Part shown: positions 40,670 to 49,448 of the stretch, one piece after another | How positions within the stretch are numbered: position 1 is the stretch's first letter | Layout: the number at the start of each line of letters is the position of its first letter | Assembly: GCA_965202625.1 (NCBI GenBank) | Contig: CBDBBI010000010.1 | Coordinates: 1,152,001 to 1,216,000, forward strand | Length of the DNA: 64,000 nucleotides | Source of the DNA: a bacterium | GTDB taxonomy: Bacteria > UBA8248 | Direction of reading: 5' to 3' | Notes under the pieces: model-generated | What the model saw: only the letters and a program-made list of their open reading frames with translations | The model's database searches: none | Told to the model about the DNA's origin: nothing | Program-made: the position numbers and the translations under genes

Positions 40670-41899
40670 TTGGGTCTTCGCGTTTCGACTGGAGCTATTA
40701 TCGCCGTGCTTCTCGGAGGCACAGCATATCTAGCGCAACAATACCACGTGATGAAAAGTTTATTGCAAAAACGAGAGATTGCGCTTTCCCGGGAAAGGGG
40801 TAATTCCGAGAAATTAAAGCAGGACATCCTCCGCCTTGAATCTATAGAGAGGGGCACCGCCCAATCTCAAGCGCAAAAGATGGGGCGGCGCATCGCGAAG
40901 AAAACCACCGAGAGTGAGAGGGGGAAAACTGCGAACCAGAACCTCGCCCAGACGCTCCAGAGCAGCCAGAAAGAAATCGTTCGCCTCAAGAAAGCCAGGG
41001 CGCGGCTCCAGGCGCAAGTGCGAGAGCTAAGCCAGCGCATCGCGGAGAAAACCACCAAGAGTGAGAGGGGAAAAACCACGAACCAGAACCTCGCCAAAGA
41101 GCGCGCAGAGGAGATCGTCCGCCTCAAGAAGGCCAGGGCGCGGCTTCAGGCGCAAGTGCGGGAGATGAGCCAGCACATTGAGGAGAAAACTGCCGTGGTC
41201 AACTTTATCAACGACAAGCTGAATCAGACACGCTTGAGCTTGGCCGAGGCGATAAAAAAATATTCTTTGATGATCGCCCGCTCAAAAAAACTGGAGAAAA
41301 AAGCGCGCGAAGAAGCTGAACGGGCGAGAAAACTAGAAACCGATTTGGACGAGATGAACGACAAATTAAACAAGCAACTCATCACTTTGCGACGGACCAA
41401 AAACTTACTCCGCGTAACCATCGTGAACAGATTTTTATTCGATTCAGGAAGTGCTGCGCTCAGCAAAAAAGGTATCGAGACGCTTTCAAAAATTGCGGAA
41501 TTTCTCCAAACGCAGAAAGACAAAATGATTCGAATCGAAGGACATACGGACAACCAGCCAATTCATGGGAACCTGCGCCGCCGGTATCCCACAAATTGGG
41601 AACTCTCATCCGCACGCGCCATTTCCGTAGTCAAATTCCTCGAGTCAAAAAACATATCACCAAAGCGCTTGTCCGCAATCGCCTATTCATTCCATCGTCC
41701 CGCGACCAGCAACGATACCGAAGAGGAACGCGCCAAAAACCGGCGAATCGTCATACTCCTCAGAAGCCCGCGACCAAGCGCCGGAGAGCTGACGCCCTTC
41801 GGCGCGCGCTCGAATCAAAATCAAATGACGAGCACCCCTTCAAGCGCAGAGGCAAGCGGCTTTTCCGCTATCACGGCAGCTGTAAGCCTATCTTCCTGA
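40670..41899 (+). CDS. OmpA/MotB family protein with long coiled coil
   Basis: N-terminal TM; LFDSGSA, IEGHTD, NWELSSARA, RAKNRRI peptidoglycan-binding domain. Confidence 0.9.
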   Translation: MGLRVSTGAIIAVLLGGTAYLAQQYHVMKSLLQKREIALSRERGNSEKLKQDILRLESIERGTAQSQAQKMGRRIAKKTTESERGKTANQNLAQTLQSSQKEIVRLKKARARLQAQVRELSQRIAEKTTKSERGKTTNQNLAKERAEEIVRLKKARARLQAQVREMSQHIEEKTAVVNFINDKLNQTRLSLAEAIKKYSLMIARSKKLEKKAREEAERARKLETDLDEMNDKLNKQLITLRRTKNLLRVTIVNRFLFDSGSAALSKKGIETLSKIAEFLQTQKDKMIRIEGHTDNQPIHGNLRRRYPTNWELSSARAISVVKFLESKNISPKRLSAIAYSFHRPATSNDTEEERAKNRRIVILLRSPRPSAGELTPFGARSNQNQMTSTPSSAEASGFSAITAAVSLSS

Positions 41900-43074
41900 A
41901 GAACCGCATTCGCCACGCGCTGAATATCCTCCTCCCCCACGGAGTCGATATCCGCCAATTCCTCCTCCACGGGATAAATCTTGCCTCGGAGCATGAGGTT
42001 CGCACCATTGCGTGCCGCATGATATTCCGAACTCTCATGTATCTGGAGATTGCCCTTGAGGTATCGCTTCGCTTCTTCAAGCTCTTGGCCCGTCACACGC
42101 TCGCTCTTGAACTTCCCCGCTTCGGATAATATCACCTCGGTCGCTTCGACCGCCTTTTCGAGCGCCACGCCCGCCTTCATTTCAATCATCCCCGTGTCGG
42201 TGTAGCGATGCGCCGCCGCGCCCACGCTGTAGGCGAGCCCCCGCTTCTCGCGCACCTCGGTGAACAACCGGCTGCTCATCTTTCCGCCCAGCACGTTGCA
42301 CATCACCCGGAGCGGAACGCCATCCTCACCGTCAAAACCAAAGGCGCGAAACCCGAGCGCGAGATTCACCTGATCGGTCTGACGAGCCTGGTCCACGATT
42401 CTGGCCGCGCTCTTCTCTGGCAAACTTGGGGACTGGGGCTTCTCGTCGCTTCCGGTACGACCCCCGAAGTATTGCTCAGACAACGCCGCCACTTCTTCGT
42501 GCTTCACGCCGCCCGCCACAGAAATGACGGTGTTACCTGGGGCGTACCATTTTTCTATCAACTCGCGCATGTGCTCAGGTTCTATCGCGTTGATGGTCTT
42601 CCGGTTTCCGATGACGCCCATTTGCAGGTTATACACGGTGGTTTCCAGCATATCCGACACCCAGATTCGCGGCATATCCTCATACATCTTCAACTCTTCC
42701 AGGATGACCAGCCGCTCCCGCTCCCATTCCCCTTTGTCCAGCAAGCAGTTGTTCACCGCGTCGGCATATACTTCAAGGACGACGGGGAAAGCATCGGCCG
42801 GCGCCGTGAAGTGATAGCAAGTCCGCTCGGGCGCCGTGTTGGCGTTGACAGCCGCTCCGTTTCCCTCCATCTCACGCGCGATATCGAGCGTTGTTCTCGA
42901 GGGCGTTCCCTTGAAGACCATGTGCTCAAGGGCATGGGAAACCCCCACCACCTCATCGCGCTCGTGACGACCGCCACAGCCAAAAAATATATGGAAAGCC
43001 ACAGCCGCCGATTGCGGACGTTCGGCCGTCACCACGCGAATGCCATTAGAGAGCTTATCCTCAACAATCTTCAT
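41821..43074 (-). CDS. M16 family (pitrilysin-like) zinc peptidase
   Basis: HALEH inverted zincin motif; SSRLFTEVREKRGLAYSV. Confidence 0.93.
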   Translation of the reverse strand: MKIVEDKLSNGIRVVTAERPQSAAVAFHIFFGCGGRHERDEVVGVSHALEHMVFKGTPSRTTLDIAREMEGNGAAVNANTAPERTCYHFTAPADAFPVVLEVYADAVNNCLLDKGEWERERLVILEELKMYEDMPRIWVSDMLETTVYNLQMGVIGNRKTINAIEPEHMRELIEKWYAPGNTVISVAGGVKHEEVAALSEQYFGGRTGSDEKPQSPSLPEKSAARIVDQARQTDQVNLALGFRAFGFDGEDGVPLRVMCNVLGGKMSSRLFTEVREKRGLAYSVGAAAHRYTDTGMIEMKAGVALEKAVEATEVILSEAGKFKSERVTGQELEEAKRYLKGNLQIHESSEYHAARNGANLMLRGKIYPVEEELADIDSVGEEDIQRVANAVLQEDRLTAAVIAEKPLASALEGVLVI

Positions 43075-43129
43075 GCAGCCTCCCAAATTGAAAGAGCGCG
43101 AACCCCTTCACCATTGCATTGTGTTTTAT

Positions 43130-43216
43130 TGGTGCCGGAGAGAGGACTTGAACCTCCACGGGCCGAAGCCCACTAGAACCTGAATCTAGCGCGTCTACCA
43201 GTTCCGCCACTCCGGC
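43130..43216 (-). tRNA. tRNA-Leu(CAG)
   Basis: GCCGGAG acceptor stem, CTAGA-TTCAGGT-TCTAG anticodon arm, long variable arm, GTTCAAGTC T-loop, encoded CCA. Confidence 0.96.
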
Positions 43217-43236
43217 GAGGAAGATTCACAGTCCCT

Positions 43237-43265
43237 CCTATATCGGGGGGTGAGCGCGTTGTCAA
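43237..43265 (-). promoter_or_regulatory. tRNA promoter
   Basis: TTGACA-17 bp-TATAGG about 20 bp upstream of the tRNA. Confidence 0.6.
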
Positions 43266-43365
43266 GGATTCAAAACGATGAACGCAAACCACCTCATCAT
43301 CTGATATGATGGGGAGCTCTCAAAAACAACCCCGCATCCGACTCCAGCACGGCGCTTTTGAGGAT

Positions 43366-43594
43366 ATGCGCAAACTCACTCTCTACATCCGATGCGATTG
43401 TCATCTGTGCGATGAGGTGCTATTTTTTGGACCTCGTCATCGACGAGATAAATGTGGACGCAAACCTAGAATTAAGGCGCCTGCACGGCGACGAGGTGCC
43501 CGTAGGCTATCTGGGGAAAAGGAAGGTTTTCAAATTCCACATGGACGTCCACCGGTTGCGTCGTCTGCTTGACGAGCGCAACGCGAAACCATGA
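43366..43594 (+). pseudogene. Glutaredoxin-like (DUF836) pseudogene, frameshifted
   Basis: MRKLTLYIRCDCHLCDEV in one frame; ...EINVDANLELRRLHGDEVPV...FKFHMD continues in another frame. Confidence 0.75.
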
Positions 43595-44179
43595 GCCTGT
43601 CCGCCTTCTATGGATTCATCATCGTCATCTCTCTAAGCGGCGTCATGTCGCCCGGCCCCCTCACCGCGTTTCTCATCACGCGCGGCAAATAAAACCCCTG
43701 GGCTCGCGCCTGGGGCGCCTGGATCACCATCGAACACGCCTTGGTCGAAATGCCGCTCATCATCGCCCTGTTCGCCGGGTTGCAACCTCTTTTTGAGATG
43801 GAATGGACCCGTGAGAGCATCTCGCTGCTGGGCGGCGCCCTCCCCTCAAGAAAAAGAGCACGTATCGACAAAACGCCCTCGCCGGCGGCGTCCTGCTCAC
43901 GGCGATGAACCCCTATTGGGCTTTATGGTGGCTCACCGTGGGAACGAACATCATCACAAGAGCGAGCGAATTCGGCTCTTGGCCGGCCTTGTGGGAATGA
44001 TCATCGTCCACCTGCTAGCGGACGCCGCTTGGGCCGTGTTCATCACATGGGGGGCGAACCGGGGGAGCCTCATGGTCGACGCGAGCGGATGGACGAGAAT
44101 CGAGCAAGGGTGCGCATGGGCCATGCTCGGATTCGGGCTTTTCTTTCTCTGGAATGGCCTAGTGGGAATGCTGACCTAG
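43591..44179 (+). pseudogene. LysE-family translocator pseudogene
   Basis: VISLSGVMSPGPLT, then an in-frame TAA, then HALVEMPLI. NPYW..WWLTVG and the C-terminal TM helices lie in shifted frames. Confidence 0.8.
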
Positions 44180-45108
44180 CCTCTCAATTTTTTTCGGCCG
44201 TTTTCTATGTCGACGCGAATTTGCCTGACGAGTTCCTTGGGGCCAGAAAACTTCTTCTCCTCGCGCAGCCGGGAGACGAACTCCACCCGCATGGATTTTC
44301 CATAAAGATCTCCCTCCCAGTCCAGCAAATGGGTTTCGAAGGTCAGGCTCTTCCTATCGAACGTGGGGCGACGGCCGATGTTCACAACGGCGGGATATCG
44401 CCGACTATTCTTTCCCTCGAGTCGCACCCAGCAGGCGTAAACCCCATTTTCAGGAATCAGGACGGATGGATAATCCAGGTTCGCCGTCGGTATACCGATT
44501 TGCCGACCCCTCCCGTCGCCACGAACCACTTTGCCCTCTATGAGATGGCACTGCCCCAGCAGACGCGCGGCGTCCTCCACCGCCCCACTCAGCAACAGCT
44601 TTCGTATTTCCGTGCTACTCACCCGTCTTCCCTCAAACATGTAAGGGTCCAGCACGCGCGTCTCAAACCCGGCGTCCGCCCCCTCACGCTCCAACAACTC
44701 TACGTTCCCAGCACGCCCTTTTCCAAAGCGGAAATTGAACCCTATAACCACCAGTGAAGCCTTGAGACCCTTGCCAATGATCTCGCGCGCGAAATTCCTC
44801 GCCTCGGTTCGCGCCAGACGGGGCGTAAACCTCTCAATGACCACAGCATCGAGACTCTGCTCTTCCAGGCGGGCCAGCTTCTCCTCCAAGGTCGTCATCA
44901 GGGGAGGCTGTCTTTCAGGAGAAACGACGGAGAGCGGGTGCGGATCGAATGTCAATATGACGCTTTGGCCGCCGCGTCGATCGGCCTCTTGCTTGATGAA
45001 TCGGCAAATCTCTCGATGAGCGAGATGAACGCCGTCAAAATTTCCGATGCTCAGTATCGAAGGGGAATTTTGGCAGCGATAGACATCCACTCCCTCAAAA
45101 ACTTCCAC
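44176..45108 (-). CDS. ribF: Bifunctional riboflavin kinase/FAD synthetase
   Basis: GNFDGVHLAH, TFDPHP, VSSTEIR, GIPTAN, NIGRRPTF. Confidence 0.96.
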   Translation of the reverse strand: MEVFEGVDVYRCQNSPSILSIGNFDGVHLAHREICRFIKQEADRRGGQSVILTFDPHPLSVVSPERQPPLMTTLEEKLARLEEQSLDAVVIERFTPRLARTEARNFAREIIGKGLKASLVVIGFNFRFGKGRAGNVELLEREGADAGFETRVLDPYMFEGRRVSSTEIRKLLLSGAVEDAARLLGQCHLIEGKVVRGDGRGRQIGIPTANLDYPSVLIPENGVYACWVRLEGKNSRRYPAVVNIGRRPTFDRKSLTFETHLLDWEGDLYGKSMRVEFVSRLREEKKFSGPKELVRQIRVDIENGRKKLRG

Positions 45109-45357
45109 CGCTCACGCACCTCAGAAGAATCGCGCCTTGCGAAAAACCGTTGCAATCCCAATATTTTCCGCAAAAATCTTTCTAGCAGAGCGTGGCGCGT
45201 TTGCGCAAGAATAATTAAGAATGGGGCTCGCCCTACATCACTCATTCCCAACAAACAATCGGCGTTGAGAGGCGAATTTTATTTTCATCCTCGTACACGT
45301 GATAATGGGATGTTAAGCTGATAGGAAGGTGGAGGTGCTTCAACGAATCTTGAATTC

Positions 45358-47028
45358 ATGATAAATTCTATACGTCAAGCAAACCTTTGGCAAAGTGGAG
45401 CGCAATTTCTTATGAACTCGCCCGCATTGGTTTTTTTTTCTCTCCTCGCCCTCTCGGTTTCTCTTTCCTTATCAGCACCTTGCCGCGCCAACGCGGCCTC
45501 CCCCGTGGAAGCCGCCGCGTCCGTGGAAATTTCACCCGAGCGTCCGCGCAGCGGCGTGGCCCCACCATCGGTCCGGGGTCTCCGCCTCGCCCTATCTATA
45601 CGAGAAGCGGTGAGCATCGCCCTCGCGCGCAACTTCGATATCACTATCGCCAGTTTCAACCCCAGCATCGCGGCAAGCGAAGTCATCAAAGAACGCTCTG
45701 CGTTCGATCCCCTCGTCGTTGCGGACGTCTCCTCCGTCAAATCCAACCTCGAAACGTTGAGCCAACAATCCGGAAGCGTGGAGAAGCAAAAGAACAGCGT
45801 TCAGTCCATATCGGGCGGCTTTCGACAAAAACTCATCACGGGGGCGGAGTATTCCCTCATTTTCGAGGGAATCAAGGAATCAGTACTCCCTACACGAAAT
45901 GCATTCGACCCGAACTTTCAAACCAGCCTCACCTTTACGATCAACCAGCCCTTGCTCAAGAACTTCGGCATCAATTTCAATCGAGCTAGAATTCAGGTGG
46001 CCATGGCCACGAAAGAGCAAACGCTCCACGCCTACCGAAGGGAAGTCATCGAGACGGTAGACGCCGTGGAGCAAGCCTACTGGGATCTCGTCTTCTCGAT
46101 GGAGAATCTCGAATTCCGGCGAAAATCCTTGGAGCTCGCAAAGGACCTTCTGCGCAGAAACAAAATTCAAGTCGAGGTCGGCACCCTCGCCCCGATAGAG
46201 ATAACGGAGGCGGAAGCGACCGTCGCCTCCCGTGAGGAGGCCCTTCTCGTGGCGGAGCGCGAGATCAAGGATCGGGAAGACGCCCTGAAAATGCTTCTGA
46301 ACGTCACCGACAAACCCTCCTCCTGGGGCATCAGCATCCTGCCAACCGAGAAGCCAAGGTTCAACGCCGTCAAGGTGGACGAGATGCGGCTCACGCTCAA
46401 CGCCTTGCGCAAGCACGCTGATCTGGAGAGCGCACGTATTGAAATCAATAAAAGAGAAATCGATCTGAAGGTAGCGAAGCAAAACCTGCTGCCGCAACTC
46501 GATTTGAGCGCGTCCGTCTCCAATAACGCCCTTGGAAGCAAGCGGACAAAGGCCCTAGAGGAGCAATTCGACAACGAGGGATACGTTTTATCCGGCGGAC
46601 TCTCATTTCGCGTCCCCCTTGGGAACAAACGAGCGAGAGCGGACTATCGTCAGGCCCAGCTGAGACGCGCGCAAACGGTGACCTCTTATCACCAGAGGCG
46701 TCAATCCATCATGGAGGAAGTGCGTCGCAGCGCGCGGAGGGTTCGCGTAGACATCAAGAGAATTGAAGCCACTCGCGTCGCCAGAAGGCTGGCAGAGGAG
46801 CGCCTAGACGCCCAGGAGAAAAAATTCACGGTCGGCCTCTCGACGAGCAGAGACATCCTTGAAGACCAGGAAAGGCTGGCCAACGCGCTGACCCAGGAGA
46901 TCCGGGCGCTCATCGACTATCACAAATCCCTCGCTTCACTGGATAGAACCACGCATTCCACTCTCGAGCGCTTTCAGATCGAGATGCGCTATCCCGGCGA
47001 GGCTCAGGAGAAGCCGGCCCCCAAATGA
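45358..47028 (+). CDS. TolC family outer membrane protein
   Basis: Signal peptide; two OEP repeats (QPLLKNFG; LPQLDL; VPLGN). Confidence 0.9.
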   Translation: MINSIRQANLWQSGAQFLMNSPALVFFSLLALSVSLSLSAPCRANAASPVEAAASVEISPERPRSGVAPPSVRGLRLALSIREAVSIALARNFDITIASFNPSIAASEVIKERSAFDPLVVADVSSVKSNLETLSQQSGSVEKQKNSVQSISGGFRQKLITGAEYSLIFEGIKESVLPTRNAFDPNFQTSLTFTINQPLLKNFGINFNRARIQVAMATKEQTLHAYRREVIETVDAVEQAYWDLVFSMENLEFRRKSLELAKDLLRRNKIQVEVGTLAPIEITEAEATVASREEALLVAEREIKDREDALKMLLNVTDKPSSWGISILPTEKPRFNAVKVDEMRLTLNALRKHADLESARIEINKREIDLKVAKQNLLPQLDLSASVSNNALGSKRTKALEEQFDNEGYVLSGGLSFRVPLGNKRARADYRQAQLRRAQTVTSYHQRRQSIMEEVRRSARRVRVDIKRIEATRVARRLAEERLDAQEKKFTVGLSTSRDILEDQERLANALTQEIRALIDYHKSLASLDRTTHSTLERFQIEMRYPGEAQEKPAPK

Positions 47029-47468
47029 GTCGTCCCCGAATTCTAGGGATGGACTATGGCGAGAAACGCGTGGGCCTCGCCATCAGCGACTCCTTGGGTC
47101 TAACGTCTCAACCGATGGGCCTCATAGAACGGCAAAACGATGCACAACTGCTTGATGCGTTAACCGAGGTCATCCGTGAGCACAACATTCATTTGCTGCT
47201 CGTGGGATACCCCGTTGGTCTGGCCAACCAGGATACGCCCAGAGCGAAGCGGACCAGAAAACTCATCCGATTCCTCCGAGATAACCTCGAAATTGCCGTA
47301 AGAAAATGGGATGAGCGTCTCAGCACAAAGCAGGCGGAGCGCACCTTACGTGAGACGCAAACAAGGCCGAACCGAAAAACGAAAAGGCGCGACGTTATCT
47401 CGGCCCAACTCATCCTGCAAGCGTATCTGGATCACCAGAAAACGAAGCGCCCATCCTCCCCACGATGA
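47025..47468 (+). CDS. ruvX: YqgF/RuvX family nuclease
   Basis: LGMDYGEKRVGLAISD, WDERLST, AQLILQAYLD. Confidence 0.93.
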   Translation: MSRPRILGMDYGEKRVGLAISDSLGLTSQPMGLIERQNDAQLLDALTEVIREHNIHLLLVGYPVGLANQDTPRAKRTRKLIRFLRDNLEIAVRKWDERLSTKQAERTLRETQTRPNRKTKRRDVISAQLILQAYLDHQKTKRPSSPR

Positions 47469-48508
47469 AAAACGAGATGCCAGAAACGGTCCCCCACCCC
47501 GGAAAGCGTCCGCTCGGAAAACTCCTTGTGGCACTTTTCTTCTCCATAAGTTTAGGCACCTTCGTCGGTTATCGCTATATCGACGATGAATTCAGTCGGC
47601 CCGCGAACCCTAGAGCGGAGAAGATCACGCGCATCCACGTTCGCTCGGGCATGTCCTTCGGACAGATTCTCGAACTGCTGAAGGAGAAGGGCTTGATTCA
47701 AAACCCCGGATTGTTTCGCCTTCAGGCCAGATTCAGAGGCGGAGTCAAAACTTTTCAAGCGGGCGTCTATACGTTAAAGCCATCCATGTCTCCGAGAGAG
47801 ATATACGAACGTCTATCAGAAGGCAGAATCGCCCGGCGAACGTTCACCATTCCCGAGGGATACAACGTCCGGAAAATCGCCCGGACGATTCACCGCGCGG
47901 GATTCGCCAGCGAGGAGGAAATTCTGCAGCTCTCCCGAAATCCTTCTTTTCTTCGGGAGTTGAACATTTCCGCTTGCTCTTTGGAAGGATACCTTTTCCC
48001 TGACACCTATGAATTCCCCCTCGGCGTCGCGGCCAAAAAAATTTTGCGCCTCATAGTTCTCACCATGAGACAAAAATTCACGCCCGCCCTCAGAAAGAAG
48101 GCAAAGGAGATGGGCTTCACCATTCACCAAACGCTCACGCTGGCCTCGATCATTGAAAAGGAAACCTCTTTGAGCAGCGAACGACCGATCATCTCCGCAG
48201 TATTCATCAATCGGCTCAAACGAAAAATGCGCCTTCAGAGCGACCCCACCGTCATATACGCCCTACCACATTTCGATGGAAACATCACAAAAAAAGATTT
48301 GCGGCACAATTCGCCTTACAACACTTATCGCCACCGGGGGCTTCCCCCCGGTCCGATCGCCAGTCCCGGGCTCGCATCCATCAAGTCCGCCCTGAACCCC
48401 GCGAAAGTCAAATATCTGTATTTCGTGGCAACCAAGAATGGAGGGCATCAATTCTCCAAAACCTATCGAGAGCACCGCCGCGCCGTAAATCGCTACCAGC
48501 GCAGGTAA
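47465..48508 (+). CDS. mltG: Endolytic transglycosylase MltG
   Basis: TIPEG, LEGYLFPDTY, LASIIEKE, LQSDPT, GLPPGPI. Confidence 0.95.
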   Translation: MKNEMPETVPHPGKRPLGKLLVALFFSISLGTFVGYRYIDDEFSRPANPRAEKITRIHVRSGMSFGQILELLKEKGLIQNPGLFRLQARFRGGVKTFQAGVYTLKPSMSPREIYERLSEGRIARRTFTIPEGYNVRKIARTIHRAGFASEEEILQLSRNPSFLRELNISACSLEGYLFPDTYEFPLGVAAKKILRLIVLTMRQKFTPALRKKAKEMGFTIHQTLTLASIIEKETSLSSERPIISAVFINRLKRKMRLQSDPTVIYALPHFDGNITKKDLRHNSPYNTYRHRGLPPGPIASPGLASIKSALNPAKVKYLYFVATKNGGHQFSKTYREHRRAVNRYQRR

Positions 48509-48595
48509 GAGAGCCGTTGACGCCTGAGGCACGTCGCAGATGTCATCCTCCGTGCGTCGGCCGAGAGAGGGATTTGCAAAGACCCTAAAAGACGT

Positions 48596-48624
48596 TTGAC
48601 CTTGGATTTCCTATTGCTTATGCT
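48596..48624 (+). promoter_or_regulatory. Sigma70-type promoter candidate
   Basis: TTGACC-17 bp-TATGCT, 45 bp upstream of the receiver gene. Confidence 0.55.
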
Positions 48625-48668
48625 CTGCCCAACCTACTCAGTGGACGTTCGGACGAGGCCCCAAACAC

Positions 48669-49445
48669 ATGTCGACCAACCTGCTTCTCTTGGACAAAAG
48701 CCTTCTAGTTCAACGGGTCGTAGAATTGGCCTTTCGGGATAAAGGAGTTGACGTTCACACGGCGGAAAGCGCCGATGAGGCCCTCTCCATAGCGGAGAAC
48801 CTGCGGCCGAACGTCATCGTCGCCAGTGTGGACGCGCAAAGCTCCGACGGCATGGACTTCTGTCGGCGGTTGCGCCAAAATCCCATTCTCTCCCAGACAC
48901 CCCTCCTCCTCTTGACGAACGCACATCAGGGAATCGAAGACGCGGAAATAAAAGAAGCAGGGGCTACGGGAGCCGTCGAAAAACCAATCAAACCGCAAAC
49001 GTTCACTATTGAAGTGGAACGCGTCATTGCCTCCGGCAGCGTGCCAGAGCCTGAAGAACGGGCGGATTCAGATTTCCAGAAACGAGCGATTTCCGAAGAA
49101 ACTGCAGATGAAGAGTCTCTGATTCCCGAGGACGTCATAGAGGAGCTCGCAGTACCTCTGCCATCGGATGAAGGAAGCGCGTACCAGAAAGCGGGAGAGC
49201 CTCTCACCCCCCTAGAAGGGGAGAAAGCCGGGAGCGAGGAGGAAAAACCACCCCCCTCTGTTGCAATCCAGATTGGACACGGTGAAAAACTCGACGCCGC
49301 CCTCCAAAAATGTTTGGAACGAACCGCAGAGAAGTTCGTCCCCACATTATTACGCCGCCTAGAAGCAACTGTGGAGGAGCAACTTCCCGACTTGATAGAG
49401 CAAATCATCATTCGAGAAATCGAAAAAATCAAACGCGGAGAATAA
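48669..49445 (+). CDS. RomR-like atypical receiver-domain protein
   Basis: REC fold with KP motif, acidic Pro-rich linker, C-terminal LPDLIEQIIIREIEKIK; directly upstream of valS. Confidence 0.7.
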   Translation: MSTNLLLLDKSLLVQRVVELAFRDKGVDVHTAESADEALSIAENLRPNVIVASVDAQSSDGMDFCRRLRQNPILSQTPLLLLTNAHQGIEDAEIKEAGATGAVEKPIKPQTFTIEVERVIASGSVPEPEERADSDFQKRAISEETADEESLIPEDVIEELAVPLPSDEGSAYQKAGEPLTPLEGEKAGSEEEKPPPSVAIQIGHGEKLDAALQKCLERTAEKFVPTLLRRLEATVEEQLPDLIEQIIIREIEKIKRGE

Positions 49446-49448
49446 ACG

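Noticed and set aside
43130-44179. Genomic island integrated at tRNA-Leu
   Set aside because: No integrase and no duplicated tRNA 3' end were seen in the window.
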